A stretch of DNA of 64,000 nucleotides from an uncultured Planctomycetaceae bacterium (GCA_963833985.1 CAWIAD010000001.1:1536001-1600000), one strand, 5' to 3'. Positions 21,022 through 31,111 are shown, counted from the first letter of the stretch. The notes: generated by a model from the sequence alone, not told the origin. Numbers and translations: made by a program.

Positions 21022-21822
21022 GTGAAGCGGCAGCCGCTGAGCCTTGCACTCGGTCTCATGATCGCGCTGGCCGGAATCCCGGCGGGCGCCCAGCAGCCTG
21101 CTGATGTGCTTCAGGCACACGGCCTGGTCAAGTCAGGGCGGTTCTTCGTCCTTCCCGACGAGGAGCAGATCAGCCAGGGTCTGATCCACATGCAACCCGT
21201 GATGCGGCTCATGGACGGGAAGTACGCGGCGTGGAAAGCCATTCTCCAGAACGAGTACGAGTTCCAGTGGTGGGGCGATTACAAGATCCAGATGCAAGCC
21301 AAGTCCAACGACGTCCGGGTCCAGTTCAATAACATGCCCGCGAGAAACCCGATGGAACGGCTCCAGAAGCAGGAGGCCGCGCAGGTACTGGCCGCTTACG
21401 CCGCGGAGATCCGGGGGGCGAATACCCAGCTCGAACTCCGCCGCAAGCGGCTGGTGGGAGACGCCGGCAAGCAGAGGGCGGAGAATCAGGCCAAGGACGC
21501 GTGCCGTACCTTCCTGGCCGCCAAGGCGGATCTCTGGCCGGAGTACGAGCGCCTCATGGGCCGGTACCTCGAGCTCAAGAACGACGACGCGGTGCAAAAC
21601 GCGCTGAAGGTTTATAACAGCAAGGCCCAGGCACACTTGAAGCTGGGTCCATCGGACGACCTGACCAGGAAGGTCAAGCTGGTGCTCGACTACGAACGGA
21701 CCTATTCACCCGAGACAGCGCCCCAGCTCAAGAAGCTGACGAGAGTTCAGAAGCTCGATCGAAAGAAAAAGCTGAAGAAGCCCTCCTCCTCGGCGGCCGA
21801 CGACACGATGGCGGGGAAATGA
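21022..21822 (+). CDS. Secreted coiled-coil hypothetical protein
   Basis: GTG start after GGAGG; signal peptide MKRQPLSLALGLMIALAGIPAGA-Q; helical body; Lys-rich C-terminus. Confidence 0.75.
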   Translation: MKRQPLSLALGLMIALAGIPAGAQQPADVLQAHGLVKSGRFFVLPDEEQISQGLIHMQPVMRLMDGKYAAWKAILQNEYEFQWWGDYKIQMQAKSNDVRVQFNNMPARNPMERLQKQEAAQVLAAYAAEIRGANTQLELRRKRLVGDAGKQRAENQAKDACRTFLAAKADLWPEYERLMGRYLELKNDDAVQNALKVYNSKAQAHLKLGPSDDLTRKVKLVLDYERTYSPETAPQLKKLTRVQKLDRKKKLKKPSSSAADDTMAGK

Positions 21823-21983
21823 ACGCCCGGACCGGGGCGGGCGACGAAGCCCGACTCCGGCTCGTCCCGTCCGCGGGGAGTGGCTGCCGCGATTGCGGAT
21901 CGGTAGAATCCAGGCCAGATCGGGCTTCACGATCGCCTTCATTTCCATCGCTTTTTTTCTGATCCTGCGAACGGGTGCCGCTC

Positions 21984-22895
21984 ATGTCTCAACCAGTGCG
22001 ACCAGGTCAGCCGAACCCTCACGTCGAGCGCTCGGGCACGTTAGTCGAGAGCGATGAGGAGGTCCGCCAGGCCATCGCGGGCCTCAAGGGGGCGGCGCTG
22101 GGTGAGGGGCACGGGCGGGTGCAGGGCGAGACACAAGGCCAACCCACGGCCGCGCAGCCGACCGGGACCCATGCAACCGAAAGGGCTTCGTCGGGCACTC
22201 TCTTTCGACCCACCGTTCGACCGCCGATCGCCACGCTCACCGTGTGCGATGACGGCAGGCCGGACGGCGAGGTGATCCGCATTCGCGATCACAAGTTCGT
22301 GATTGGCCGCACCGAGGGCGACCTGAGAATCCCCATCGACGGCCGGATCTCCTCCCGGCACGCCGAGATCACGCTGCAATCGGTCGGCGGTCTGCATCGC
22401 TGGGTGGTCACCGACCTTCAAAGCACTCACGGCATGTTCGTTCGGGTCTCCCGCACCATCCTGGCCGATCGCGCCGAGTTCCTGGTCGGCAATGGCCGTT
22501 ATCGGTGTGATGCGCCGCAGTCCAGCGCCGATGCGACGGCGGCCCAGGTGGCCGACGCGGCGACCTCCGGCGCGACCCAGGGCTGGGACGGCAGCCCCAG
22601 CCCGTTCCGGCCGCCGGCGATCACGGAGATGATTGGCTACGAGATCGGCAACCGGGTGCTCCTGGTCAAGCCCGAGTACTGGATCGGCACGGACCCGACC
22701 TGCTCGATCTGCCGCTCCGGCGACCCCTTCTGCGAGCCCCGGCACGTCCGCCTCTTCCGCGCGCCTGGTGGTGCGTGGTACGCCGAGCACAACCGCACCC
22801 AGAACGGCCTCTGGCTGCGCATGTCGCAGATCGCCGTGGAATCGGTCGTGCGTTTCCAGCTCGGCGAGCAGCGGTTCGTGCTCCGTTGCAACTGA
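21984..22895 (+). CDS. Double FHA-domain protein
   Basis: FHA1 IGRTEG...ISSRHAEI...DLQSTHGMFV; FHA2 IGTDPTC...EPRHVRL...TQNGLWL. Confidence 0.87.
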   Translation: MSQPVRPGQPNPHVERSGTLVESDEEVRQAIAGLKGAALGEGHGRVQGETQGQPTAAQPTGTHATERASSGTLFRPTVRPPIATLTVCDDGRPDGEVIRIRDHKFVIGRTEGDLRIPIDGRISSRHAEITLQSVGGLHRWVVTDLQSTHGMFVRVSRTILADRAEFLVGNGRYRCDAPQSSADATAAQVADAATSGATQGWDGSPSPFRPPAITEMIGYEIGNRVLLVKPEYWIGTDPTCSICRSGDPFCEPRHVRLFRAPGGAWYAEHNRTQNGLWLRMSQIAVESVVRFQLGEQRFVLRCN

Positions 22896-22908
22896 CAGGA
22901 GTTCATAC

Positions 22909-23922
22909 ATGGGACGGGTTGCTCTGGCAATGGTGTGCATCCTGACTCTGATCTCTGGCCAGGTCCAGGCACAGATGATGTTCATTGGCCCCGGGTCGAC
23001 AGCCCAGGGAGACTATCTCAGGGGCGTGGGGTTCGCGGGGTTCGGCATGGGTGCATACAACGAACGGACAGCCATCGCCAACGCCATCAACCTGAATACG
23101 TCGATTCGACTGAACGAATATATCTACAATTGCCTGATGCATGAAAATCAGATGAACGCCGAGCACCGCCAGGCGATGAAGCAGAAGCACAAGGAGGGGT
23201 ACGACAAGATCAAGGAGCGGATCGATCAGAATCCCGAGGCGCACGACGTCCGCAAGGGAGATGCACTCAACCACCTCCTGAGAGAACTGAACAACCCGAA
23301 GATCCAGGAAACGACCTCGCGCCAGAACGCGGTGCCGCTTTCCGTCGATGAAGTCCGCCGCATTCCGTTCAAGCTCGGCGAGCATGGCGTGGACCACTTC
23401 TCGGTCGCCCGGCTCACCTCCAAGGGTAAGGGGAAATGGCCGAATGCCTTCCAGGATAATCGATTCAATAACGACCGCCGCGCTTTCGAGAAGGCGCTCG
23501 ACGAAGCTCTGGAACAGCAGTACAACAACAATGTCCAGATCGCATCCATCGAAGCCGTCAACAAGGCCATCGACAATCTGGAATACACGCTCATCAAGGT
23601 GCTGGGAAAGAGCTCCGACAAGCTCTACATCGAGGCCAGGGAAAAAGTGAAAGACATGCGAAAGACGGCCGAGATGCTCAAGCTTCAGAAGGTGCGGGAG
23701 GCGCTCGGCGACCTGGAACGCTACGCCGGAACCACTGTCGATGACCTGAGAGTGTTCATGCTCAGCCACAACCTCCAGTTCGCCGATGCCGACACTCCCG
23801 AGGAGAGAGTGCTCTTTCCAGAGCTCTACACGAAACTGAGCGAGCAGAAAGATCGCGTGTCACAGGGTTTGGCGGTGCAGGATGATGGCCCGAAGGTCCG
23901 CGACGGAGGGTTCGCTCAATGA
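22909..23922 (+). CDS. Secreted alpha-helical hypothetical protein
   Basis: AGGAG RBS; signal peptide ending VQA-Q; GSTAQGDYLRGVG motif; typical codon usage; stop overlaps the next start (ATGA). Confidence 0.8.
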   Translation: MGRVALAMVCILTLISGQVQAQMMFIGPGSTAQGDYLRGVGFAGFGMGAYNERTAIANAINLNTSIRLNEYIYNCLMHENQMNAEHRQAMKQKHKEGYDKIKERIDQNPEAHDVRKGDALNHLLRELNNPKIQETTSRQNAVPLSVDEVRRIPFKLGEHGVDHFSVARLTSKGKGKWPNAFQDNRFNNDRRAFEKALDEALEQQYNNNVQIASIEAVNKAIDNLEYTLIKVLGKSSDKLYIEAREKVKDMRKTAEMLKLQKVREALGDLERYAGTTVDDLRVFMLSHNLQFADADTPEERVLFPELYTKLSEQKDRVSQGLAVQDDGPKVRDGGFAQ

Positions 23923-25031
23923 AGCGGAACGCCATCGCGGCCGCCGTGGCCTGCCTTTACATCGGGCTTTCGGCCTGGCTGGTTCGGACCGAGGGTCAAT
24001 CCTACCGAGAGCGGCTGATCCGGGGCCAAGCGTCAAAGTCTGAGTTCGTTGATCCCGACCAGGGGCCCGGCCAGGCTCCCGCGGAAAAGGCAAAGGCTAT
24101 CCCTGCGCCGTCCGGAGATCCAGGGGCGCACACCGACGCGAGCCAGGCGCCCCGGGCGGCCGACCTCCCGCCAGCCTCCGTGTCCGCCCCGCCGACGCTC
24201 AAGCCCACTCTGGTTCCGGCCTCTGAGTCGCATTCCCCGGAAGCCGGGCCGCGTGAAGTCGCCATGATCAAACCTGGCACGGCCAGGGCGCCAGAAATGG
24301 ATCTGTCGAAACTCGACCCGTTCTGGAGCCAGCCGGAACTCAAGCGGAACTGGAACCTGGCCAATCTCAGTGACCAGGACGAGATGCGCCTGGGCGAGTC
24401 GCTGCACGCACTGATCTTGCATTTCAATCCACCGGCGACCGGCGGGCCCTGGCTGGAGCGTGTCGATCAGGCGGCAAAACCGGTTCTCTCGAGGGTCTCC
24501 AGAAAGAGTATCCGCTACACCTTCACGATCCTGGATTCCAATGATGTCAACGCATTTTCTCATTTTGGAGGATACATCTATCTCACGCGCGGAGTGTTCT
24601 CTTTCCTGGGCGAGGATGAGGACGCCGCGCTTCTGTTCATCCTGGCACACGAGATTGCTCACGTCGATCAGAAGCATATGCTGGAGTGCTTGCGGGACCG
24701 CGATCTCCAGGGCGGCTCGATGGGCACCTTGGAGAAAGCGTATTTCGTGATCTTGCCTCTGGGCTACCCCAATCAACAGGAATTCGCGGCCGACCAGTGG
24801 GCCTATCGCCAGCTCGTCACGACGGACCACACGCGGTACGAGTCGCTCAAGTTCCTGCGCAAGCTGAAGAATTATGCCTCGGCGCACGATTTCGGTGATG
24901 GTCGGGTCCACTACCGGCCCACGCGTGATTCGTCACCGGTTCAGAACCATTTGCGGTCGCATCCGGCCGCATGGAAACGCCTCAGCGAGCTGGAGGCGTT
25001 CCTCAACGCGCCTTCGGGGAAGTCCCGATGA
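23919..25031 (+). CDS. M48-family zinc metallopeptidase, membrane-anchored
   Basis: VNAFSHFGGYIY, HEIAH (HExxH), QEFAAD and SHP; N-terminal hydrophobic anchor and Pro-rich linker. Confidence 0.9.
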   Translation: MKRNAIAAAVACLYIGLSAWLVRTEGQSYRERLIRGQASKSEFVDPDQGPGQAPAEKAKAIPAPSGDPGAHTDASQAPRAADLPPASVSAPPTLKPTLVPASESHSPEAGPREVAMIKPGTARAPEMDLSKLDPFWSQPELKRNWNLANLSDQDEMRLGESLHALILHFNPPATGGPWLERVDQAAKPVLSRVSRKSIRYTFTILDSNDVNAFSHFGGYIYLTRGVFSFLGEDEDAALLFILAHEIAHVDQKHMLECLRDRDLQGGSMGTLEKAYFVILPLGYPNQQEFAADQWAYRQLVTTDHTRYESLKFLRKLKNYASAHDFGDGRVHYRPTRDSSPVQNHLRSHPAAWKRLSELEAFLNAPSGKSR

Positions 25032-26409
25032 AGGCCACCGTAGCCGCCAGTCCGATGACCATGGCCCCCAGCGCCATGACGTCCGCTCTCAGGCCCATGC
25101 GGTGGACCTCGGCTGGAAAATAGACCTCGGCGCGGTCGCGATCGTTCGCTGGACTGGAGCCCCCGCCCGGTGAGGACAAAACAGGCTCTTGCTCAGCTTC
25201 GAGCAAGAGCAATCCCTCGAATGCCCATCGCGACGGCATGAGGCCCGCGGCCAGTCCGGCGCCTCCTGGCATTTGATGGAGCGGTTTCCACTCGCCTCCG
25301 AAGAGCCACATCACCAGCAGGAGCGCCGGTACAATGGCCCGGGCCACGCTGGGACGAGGTGCCAGATCGACCACCAGTAAGCCCAGTGCCAGTCCCACCG
25401 CGGCTGCCAGGAGCAGGACGGCCAGGGCGGACAGGCTCGGGGCCCTCAGTGCCGCCAGGGGGGCGACGATCGACCAGGCCAACAGGCACTGCAACGCGGA
25501 GAGAGCCGCCAGCGTCAGGAGCTGCGTGGGCGGGTGCATGGGCTCTTCCGGGGGAAGCCCGGCCGGGCCATGCGCTGGCTTGACGAGGCCTCCGAATACG
25601 GCATTGGCCAGGCCGAACCCGACCGCGCAGAGGCCGAGCCAGAAGAGCACCGGTGCGGTCGACGTCCCTGCGGCCAGGGCCGCGATGAGCAGAGCGGTCA
25701 CGGGCGCCAGGGCAAGCAGGGCCGCCAGCCGTAGCCAGGGGCGGTTCAAGAGCCGTGCAACCTCGCCCGGGCCTGTCCCCGCCGCCAGCGTAGACAGCGG
25801 CTCGAGCGCCTGCACGAGGGGTTCCGCGGGTCGTGTGGCGGCGGTGTCATGCGATTTGGCGGGAGGCGAGCTTGCCGGGAGCCATGAGTCCGCGTTCAGT
25901 GCCACCACGTGGCTTCCCAGCGCGATCTGGTCGGTGGGACTCAGAGCCATCGGGCCGGTCAACCGCACCCCGTTGACGAAGGTCCCGTTGGCGGAACGGA
26001 GATCCTCGATGAAGATTTGCGTGCCGTCGCGATACAGCCGCGCGTGCCGCGAGGAGATCATCGGCTGCTCGATCACGTGGTCGCATCCGGCGACCCGGCC
26101 GATGACCAGTTCCGCGGTGCGAAAGGAGATCGTCGATGCAGGTGCGGGCTGGAAGAGTGCCAGAAGCGCTTCAATCGGCAGCGCATGACTGCCCAGGTGG
26201 ATGGCGTCGCCGGGACCGAGCGTGACGGGAACAGCGCCCCGCACGCGCTGGCCGTTGAAGAAAGTGCCGTTGGTGGAATTGAGATCCTCGAGGAGATATC
26301 CCGTCTCAGTACGGGTCAACCGGCAATGGCTTCCCGAGACCGAGGGCACATTCACAACCAGGTCGCAATCCGGGCGGGAACCAATTGTCAGCGATCGCGA
26401 GGTGATCAT
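25003..26409 (-). CDS. FHA-FHA-ABC2-type membrane protein without an ATPase domain
   Basis: Two FHA domains (DLNSTNGTFFNG; IGR...ISSRHARL...SANGTFVNG), then about 6 TM helices with LFGG...P and MPSRWAFEGLL. No Walker A/B. Confidence 0.82.
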   Translation of the reverse strand: MITSRSLTIGSRPDCDLVVNVPSVSGSHCRLTRTETGYLLEDLNSTNGTFFNGQRVRGAVPVTLGPGDAIHLGSHALPIEALLALFQPAPASTISFRTAELVIGRVAGCDHVIEQPMISSRHARLYRDGTQIFIEDLRSANGTFVNGVRLTGPMALSPTDQIALGSHVVALNADSWLPASSPPAKSHDTAATRPAEPLVQALEPLSTLAAGTGPGEVARLLNRPWLRLAALLALAPVTALLIAALAAGTSTAPVLFWLGLCAVGFGLANAVFGGLVKPAHGPAGLPPEEPMHPPTQLLTLAALSALQCLLAWSIVAPLAALRAPSLSALAVLLLAAAVGLALGLLVVDLAPRPSVARAIVPALLLVMWLFGGEWKPLHQMPGGAGLAAGLMPSRWAFEGLLLLEAEQEPVLSSPGGGSSPANDRDRAEVYFPAEVHRMGLRADVMALGAMVIGLAATVAFIGTSPKAR

Positions 26410-26727
26410 GGTCAACGGCCTTCGGACGGAGCGAGCCCAGGAACCGAGAGGGATGCGTGGACGCCTGGCATCCTGGCTTGCGGCAGCATAATACCGAGAC
26501 AAATAAGGATCCGGAATGAGGCTCTTGCCGGGAAGTGATTCCGCCTCGCCGGTGACAAGCTCGTCGACCGAGCGAATGGAGAGCCCGTGTTCGGGCGCTG
26601 AAGGGGCTGTCGTTGGGTGGCTTGCGTCAGGGAGGGCGATGCCGTTCTGGGGCAGAAACGGACCGAGGCGCCCGGTTTGAGTGGGGCGCCTCGGCGGACA
26701 GCACGGCAGCGTTGTTCGGGTTCGTGT

Positions 26728-27041
26728 TCAGAGAGTACCCGCGGCGACCAGCTCCGGGGTTCCGGACCGGGAGGATTCACCGGTGCGATCGTCTTGCAGT
26801 CCATCGTCGGGGATGCTGGCGATCTGGACAAAGGTTAATGGGCCGGGGACGAGGCCGGGCTGCTCGAGGACGAGAAGGCCGTAGGGAGAGCTCTGGTTGC
26901 CGCGCGGGGGCGGTCCGTATCGGTCCGGGTCAATCGCCCCCGGACCAGCGTTCCGGAACAGGAGATCTGCACCAGCGGATGATCGGTGCCCTGACGGCGG
27001 CGGATCTCCACGAGAGTCGCCTTGCAGTGTTCAAACGTCAT
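26728..27041 (-). CDS. Small hypothetical protein of about 104 aa (frameshift in the G5 run near 26906)
   Basis: MTFEHCKATLVEIRRRQGTDHP...DRP. One extra base in the homopolymer gives PRGNQSSPYGLLVLEQPGLVPGPLTFVQIASIPDDG... up to a TGA at 26728. RBS-like GGAAGG upstream. Confidence 0.68.
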
Positions 27042-27368
27042 CGTTCCACCTTCCTGGCTTGCGACGAACCGAGGCTCGAGACCGTGTCTTACGTGTGCCG
27101 AGGCTCTCGCCGTGCGGCGGTCGGGTCCTCGTGACCCAACTGGAGGAGAGGTCGCACGGTCTGGTTCGCGACAGCGGGCCTATTGTGAGGATCGGAGCAG
27201 ACGGGTCAAGAGTGACACCCTGAACGAACACGTGATCCGCGTTGACCGCGCGACGGTTTTATGACAAAACTCGCTCGCGCCGGACGTCGATAGAATTATA
27301 GTGTCTCTCTCGCCGCCCTGGCATTCGTCGTGGCGGAAAAACGTCAATCCTCAGGATGAGGAACCGGA

Positions 27369-28943
27369 ATGGGCATGGAATCGCCCCCATCGCAGACGGT
27401 TCGCGCCAGCCAGATTCCCCATCGCTGGACGCGCGTTTCGGATCCCGGCTCCGAGTCTGTCGTCGCGGCGTATGAAACGGTCATTGCGGGGGGTGGTCCC
27501 GCTGGCCTCACCGGCGCCTATGAGCTGGCCTGCCACGGCCGGTCCTGCGTGGTCCTCGAAGCTGATTCCCGCCTGGTGGGAGGCATCAGCCGGACCGATG
27601 AGTACAAGGGGTACCGGTTTGATATTGGCGGGCATCGCTTCTTCTCCAAGAGCCGCGAGATCACCGCGCTCTGGCGGGAGATCCTCGGAGACCAGTTCAT
27701 CACGCGCTCCCGGCTCAGCCGCATCTATTACAACCGCAAGTTCTTTCATTACCCCCTCAAGCCCGTTGACGCGCTCTGGAAGCTGGGGCCTTACCGCTCC
27801 GCGCGCATCCTCCTGAGCTACCTCAAGGCCCAGTTGCGGCCCATCCGCCCCGAGCGCTCATTCGAAGCCTGGGTCGTGAACCGGTTTGGCAGGGTGCTCT
27901 TCGAGATCTTCTTCAAGTCCTACACCGAGAAGCTCTGGGGCATGCCCACGAATGAGATCTCGGCCGACTGGGCGGCGCAGCGGATCAAGGGGCTGAACCT
28001 GGTTGCCGCGGTCTTCAACGGCCTGTTCGGCGGGCTCAAGTCGAAGAAGGGCGAGGTCATCAAGACCCTGATCGACGAGTTTCAGTATCCCAGGCTCGGT
28101 CCCGGCCAGATGTGGGAAGCGGTGCGTGATCGCATCCGGGCGCAGGGCAGTGCGGTGCACCTGGACCGGAAAGTGGTACGAATCGAGCATGACGGCTCGG
28201 TGGTCACTGCCTTCCTCGCGGTCGATTCCCAGGGCCGGACGACGCGCTACCTGGGATCTCATTTCCTCTCGACCATGCCGGTTCGAGACCTCATCCGAGC
28301 CATGGACCCGCCGGCGCCCGAGGCCGTCCGGGCCGCGGCCGAGGCGCTCAGGTACCGCGACTTCCTCACCGTGGTGCTCATCGTCAATCGGGCCACGACC
28401 TTCCCGGACACCTGGATCTACATCCACGAGCCGGATGTTCGCGTGGGCCGGATCCAGAATTTCAAGAACTGGTCGCCGGACCTCGTGCCCGATGCTGCGC
28501 GGTCTAGCCTGGGCCTGGAGTATTTCTGCTTCGAGGGAGATGATCTCTGGAACCGCTCGGACGCCGAGCTGCTCGAGCTGGGCCGACGTGAGATCGAGAC
28601 CATCGGGCTGGTGGCGGCCGCCGACGTGATCGACGGGTGCGTGGTCCGCATGCCGAAGGCGTATCCCGTCTACGATGACGAGTACCAGTCGCAGCTCGCG
28701 GTGATCCGGGGCTGGCTGGGCCAGCTCTCGAACCTCGAGCTCGCGGGCCGCAACGGAATGCACAAGTACAACAACCAGGATCACTCCATGATGACGGCCC
28801 TGCTGGCGGCGCGGAACATCCTGGGGCAGGGCCAGTACGATACCTGGAAAGTGAACACCGACGCGGAATACCATGAAGAGGGCGAGGACACCGAGGCCCG
28901 GAACGCTGGCCGCATGGTTCCCCGCAAGGTCGGCTCGGTGTAA
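27369..28943 (+). CDS. NAD(P)/FAD-dependent oxidoreductase (protoporphyrinogen-oxidase/UDP-galactopyranose-mutase-like superfamily)
   Basis: GGGPAGLTGA, VGGISRT, FDIGGHRFFSK, YTEKLWG, KAYPVY and GRNGMHKYNNQDHSM. Confidence 0.88.
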   Translation: MGMESPPSQTVRASQIPHRWTRVSDPGSESVVAAYETVIAGGGPAGLTGAYELACHGRSCVVLEADSRLVGGISRTDEYKGYRFDIGGHRFFSKSREITALWREILGDQFITRSRLSRIYYNRKFFHYPLKPVDALWKLGPYRSARILLSYLKAQLRPIRPERSFEAWVVNRFGRVLFEIFFKSYTEKLWGMPTNEISADWAAQRIKGLNLVAAVFNGLFGGLKSKKGEVIKTLIDEFQYPRLGPGQMWEAVRDRIRAQGSAVHLDRKVVRIEHDGSVVTAFLAVDSQGRTTRYLGSHFLSTMPVRDLIRAMDPPAPEAVRAAAEALRYRDFLTVVLIVNRATTFPDTWIYIHEPDVRVGRIQNFKNWSPDLVPDAARSSLGLEYFCFEGDDLWNRSDAELLELGRREIETIGLVAAADVIDGCVVRMPKAYPVYDDEYQSQLAVIRGWLGQLSNLELAGRNGMHKYNNQDHSMMTALLAARNILGQGQYDTWKVNTDAEYHEEGEDTEARNAGRMVPRKVGSV

Positions 28944-28979
28944 CTCCGGCAGCCGGCGGTATGATTTCGCACCCAATGA

Positions 28980-29346
28980 TTAAAACTTCTTCAGAGCAGA
29001 CGGCTCATCGGGGAAGATTTCGAAGAGCCGATCGAACTGGCTCACCTTGAACGCATCCATCACGGGCGGGCGAAGCGCAGAGTCTGACCTTCGCCTTGAG
29101 TTCTTGCATCTTGCGGTGCAAGCGGACGAGCTGGGCAAGCATGGAGCTGGAGAGGTAGCCAACGTTGTACAGGTTCAGCAAAACCTTCTTGAATTTCTTG
29201 GTATCGATCAGGTCGAAGAGCTCCTTGCCAACCTTGTCAACGAGGTCTCCCTCCATCATCGGTGCTGTCTCAAGGAATGCGATCACGGCGACGCCCTCGA
29301 CCTCCTTGAGGCTTACAAACTGATAAGGCGACTTGCCTGGGGGCAT
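28980..29346 (-). CDS. STAS-domain anti-sigma factor antagonist (frameshift near 29070)
   Basis: LLNLYNVGYLSSSMLAQLV carries the phosphorylatable Ser; the C-terminus LRPPVMDAFKVSQFDRLFEIFPDE is in another frame. Confidence 0.82.
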
Positions 29347-29638
29347 GATGCAGACTCCAAACGGAAGCAGCGACCGCGCGGCTGCGGGGGTTGTCATCCA
29401 GACTTCGAGGGGACGTCGCGGCGAGGATGCAGCTTTCCGCTCGAAGATTGACGGCAATCGACGACCGTCAATATATTGAATAGCAGTCCTGTTGAACACA
29501 GCGATTCCCACCGAACGTGGCCCTTCGCGGAAGTGAGGCCCTTGGCTCGTCTGCTGAGAGCTGGGCCAGAACCGTGTGTATGGACGAGGCTGGAATCGCT
29601 GGTCCCGTCAGGTCTTCAGACCAGGAGTGATGTGCGTG

Positions 29639-31111
29639 ATGGCCGATTCTTCAGTCATGGCACCGGCGCGGGTCGAGCCGGCAAGCGCAACGACCCCGAA
29701 AGAGACACGCCGGCCGGGATGGTCGCGTTCTCGATGGATCATGGCGGCGATCTTCGGTGCGGCTGCTCTCGTCACGGCATTCCTGGTCTTCAGCTCCGGC
29801 AAGGGCCAGACAGAGGAGAAGGCCGCGGCCGGATCCGCTGCTCAGGAACAGGATGCGAACGTGATCTCCGTGAAGGTGGTCAACCCCAGCCGGGGAGGCA
29901 TGAAGAAGATCACGGACCAGCCGGGCACGATCCGGGCGTTCGACCGTGCCACCCTCTATGCCAAGGTGTCCGGCTACCTCAAAGAGTTGAAGGTCGACCG
30001 TGGCGACCATGTGAAGGCCGGAACCTTGCTGGCGCAGATCTACGTACCGGAGCTTGATGTCGCGGTGCAGCAGGCCGAGTCGGACTTGCTGCATGCCAAG
30101 GCCCTGGTCACGGAAGCCGAGGCGCGCGTCAAGACGGCGCTTGCGGGCGTGCAGGCGGCCGAGGCCAAGAAGAATGAGGCCCTCGCCAACAAGGAAAAGG
30201 CCGTGGCCTACCGGCAGTATCGCAAGAAGGCCCTCGACCGGATGACGGACCTGGCCCGCCGCAACGCCGCCGAGCAGCGGCTCGTGGACGAGTACGAGGA
30301 CGATTACATGGCTTCAATCTCCGCGGAGCACGCCGCGTCGTCGGAGATCCAGACGGCCGAAGCCAAGATATCCGAAGCCAAGGCCAACGTGATTCTTGCC
30401 GAGGCGGACCTGGCAACCGCCAAGACGGAGGTCCAGGTGGCCGAAGCCAACCTGGAAAAAGCCAAGGTGATGCTCAGCTACACCAGGATCGAGTCTCCCT
30501 TTGACGGCGTGGTCACGTTCCGTGGAGAGGGCATGCACAAGGGGGCCTTCATCCGCTCGGCGGCCGATGGCAACTCCGAGCCCCTCCTGGCCGTCGCCAC
30601 GACCGACGTCATGCGGACGATCGTTCAGGTTCCCGATCCGGATGTCCCATTCTGCAACGTGGGCGACCCGGCCACCATCAGGATCGACGCGCTGGGCGGC
30701 CGCGAGTTCAAGGGCAAGGTGAGCCGTATGGCCGAATCCGAGGACATCAAGGACCGGACCATGCGCGTCGAGATCGACCTGCCCAATGATCACGGCATTT
30801 TCCGCGACGGCATGTACGGCCGCGCGATCATCGAGCTGGAGCCGCCCACGCAGAACCTCACCATCCCGGCGACATGCCTCATCGAGCAGAACGGCACCGA
30901 AGGTGCGGTGTACGTGGTCCGCGACGGCAAGGTCAAGCGGGTTCCGATCAAGGTCGGCAAGGATAGCGGACTGAGCGTTGAGGTCCTCAGCGGACTCTCC
31001 CCGGACGATCAGCTGGTGGCCCAGATCACCCCCGCGATCAGCGAGGGCGTTGAGGTGAAGCCGGAGCTCGCGACAGTGGCGGCTGTGGGTAAGAAGGGTT
31101 CCAGCGAATAG
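29639..31111 (+). CDS. RND efflux periplasmic adaptor (membrane fusion protein)
   Basis: N-terminal TM, YAKVSGYLKELKVDRGDHV lipoyl half, long coiled hairpin, IESPFDGVV and RTMRVEIDLPN. Confidence 0.93.
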   Translation: MADSSVMAPARVEPASATTPKETRRPGWSRSRWIMAAIFGAAALVTAFLVFSSGKGQTEEKAAAGSAAQEQDANVISVKVVNPSRGGMKKITDQPGTIRAFDRATLYAKVSGYLKELKVDRGDHVKAGTLLAQIYVPELDVAVQQAESDLLHAKALVTEAEARVKTALAGVQAAEAKKNEALANKEKAVAYRQYRKKALDRMTDLARRNAAEQRLVDEYEDDYMASISAEHAASSEIQTAEAKISEAKANVILAEADLATAKTEVQVAEANLEKAKVMLSYTRIESPFDGVVTFRGEGMHKGAFIRSAADGNSEPLLAVATTDVMRTIVQVPDPDVPFCNVGDPATIRIDALGGREFKGKVSRMAESEDIKDRTMRVEIDLPNDHGIFRDGMYGRAIIELEPPTQNLTIPATCLIEQNGTEGAVYVVRDGKVKRVPIKVGKDSGLSVEVLSGLSPDDQLVAQITPAISEGVEVKPELATVAAVGKKGSSE

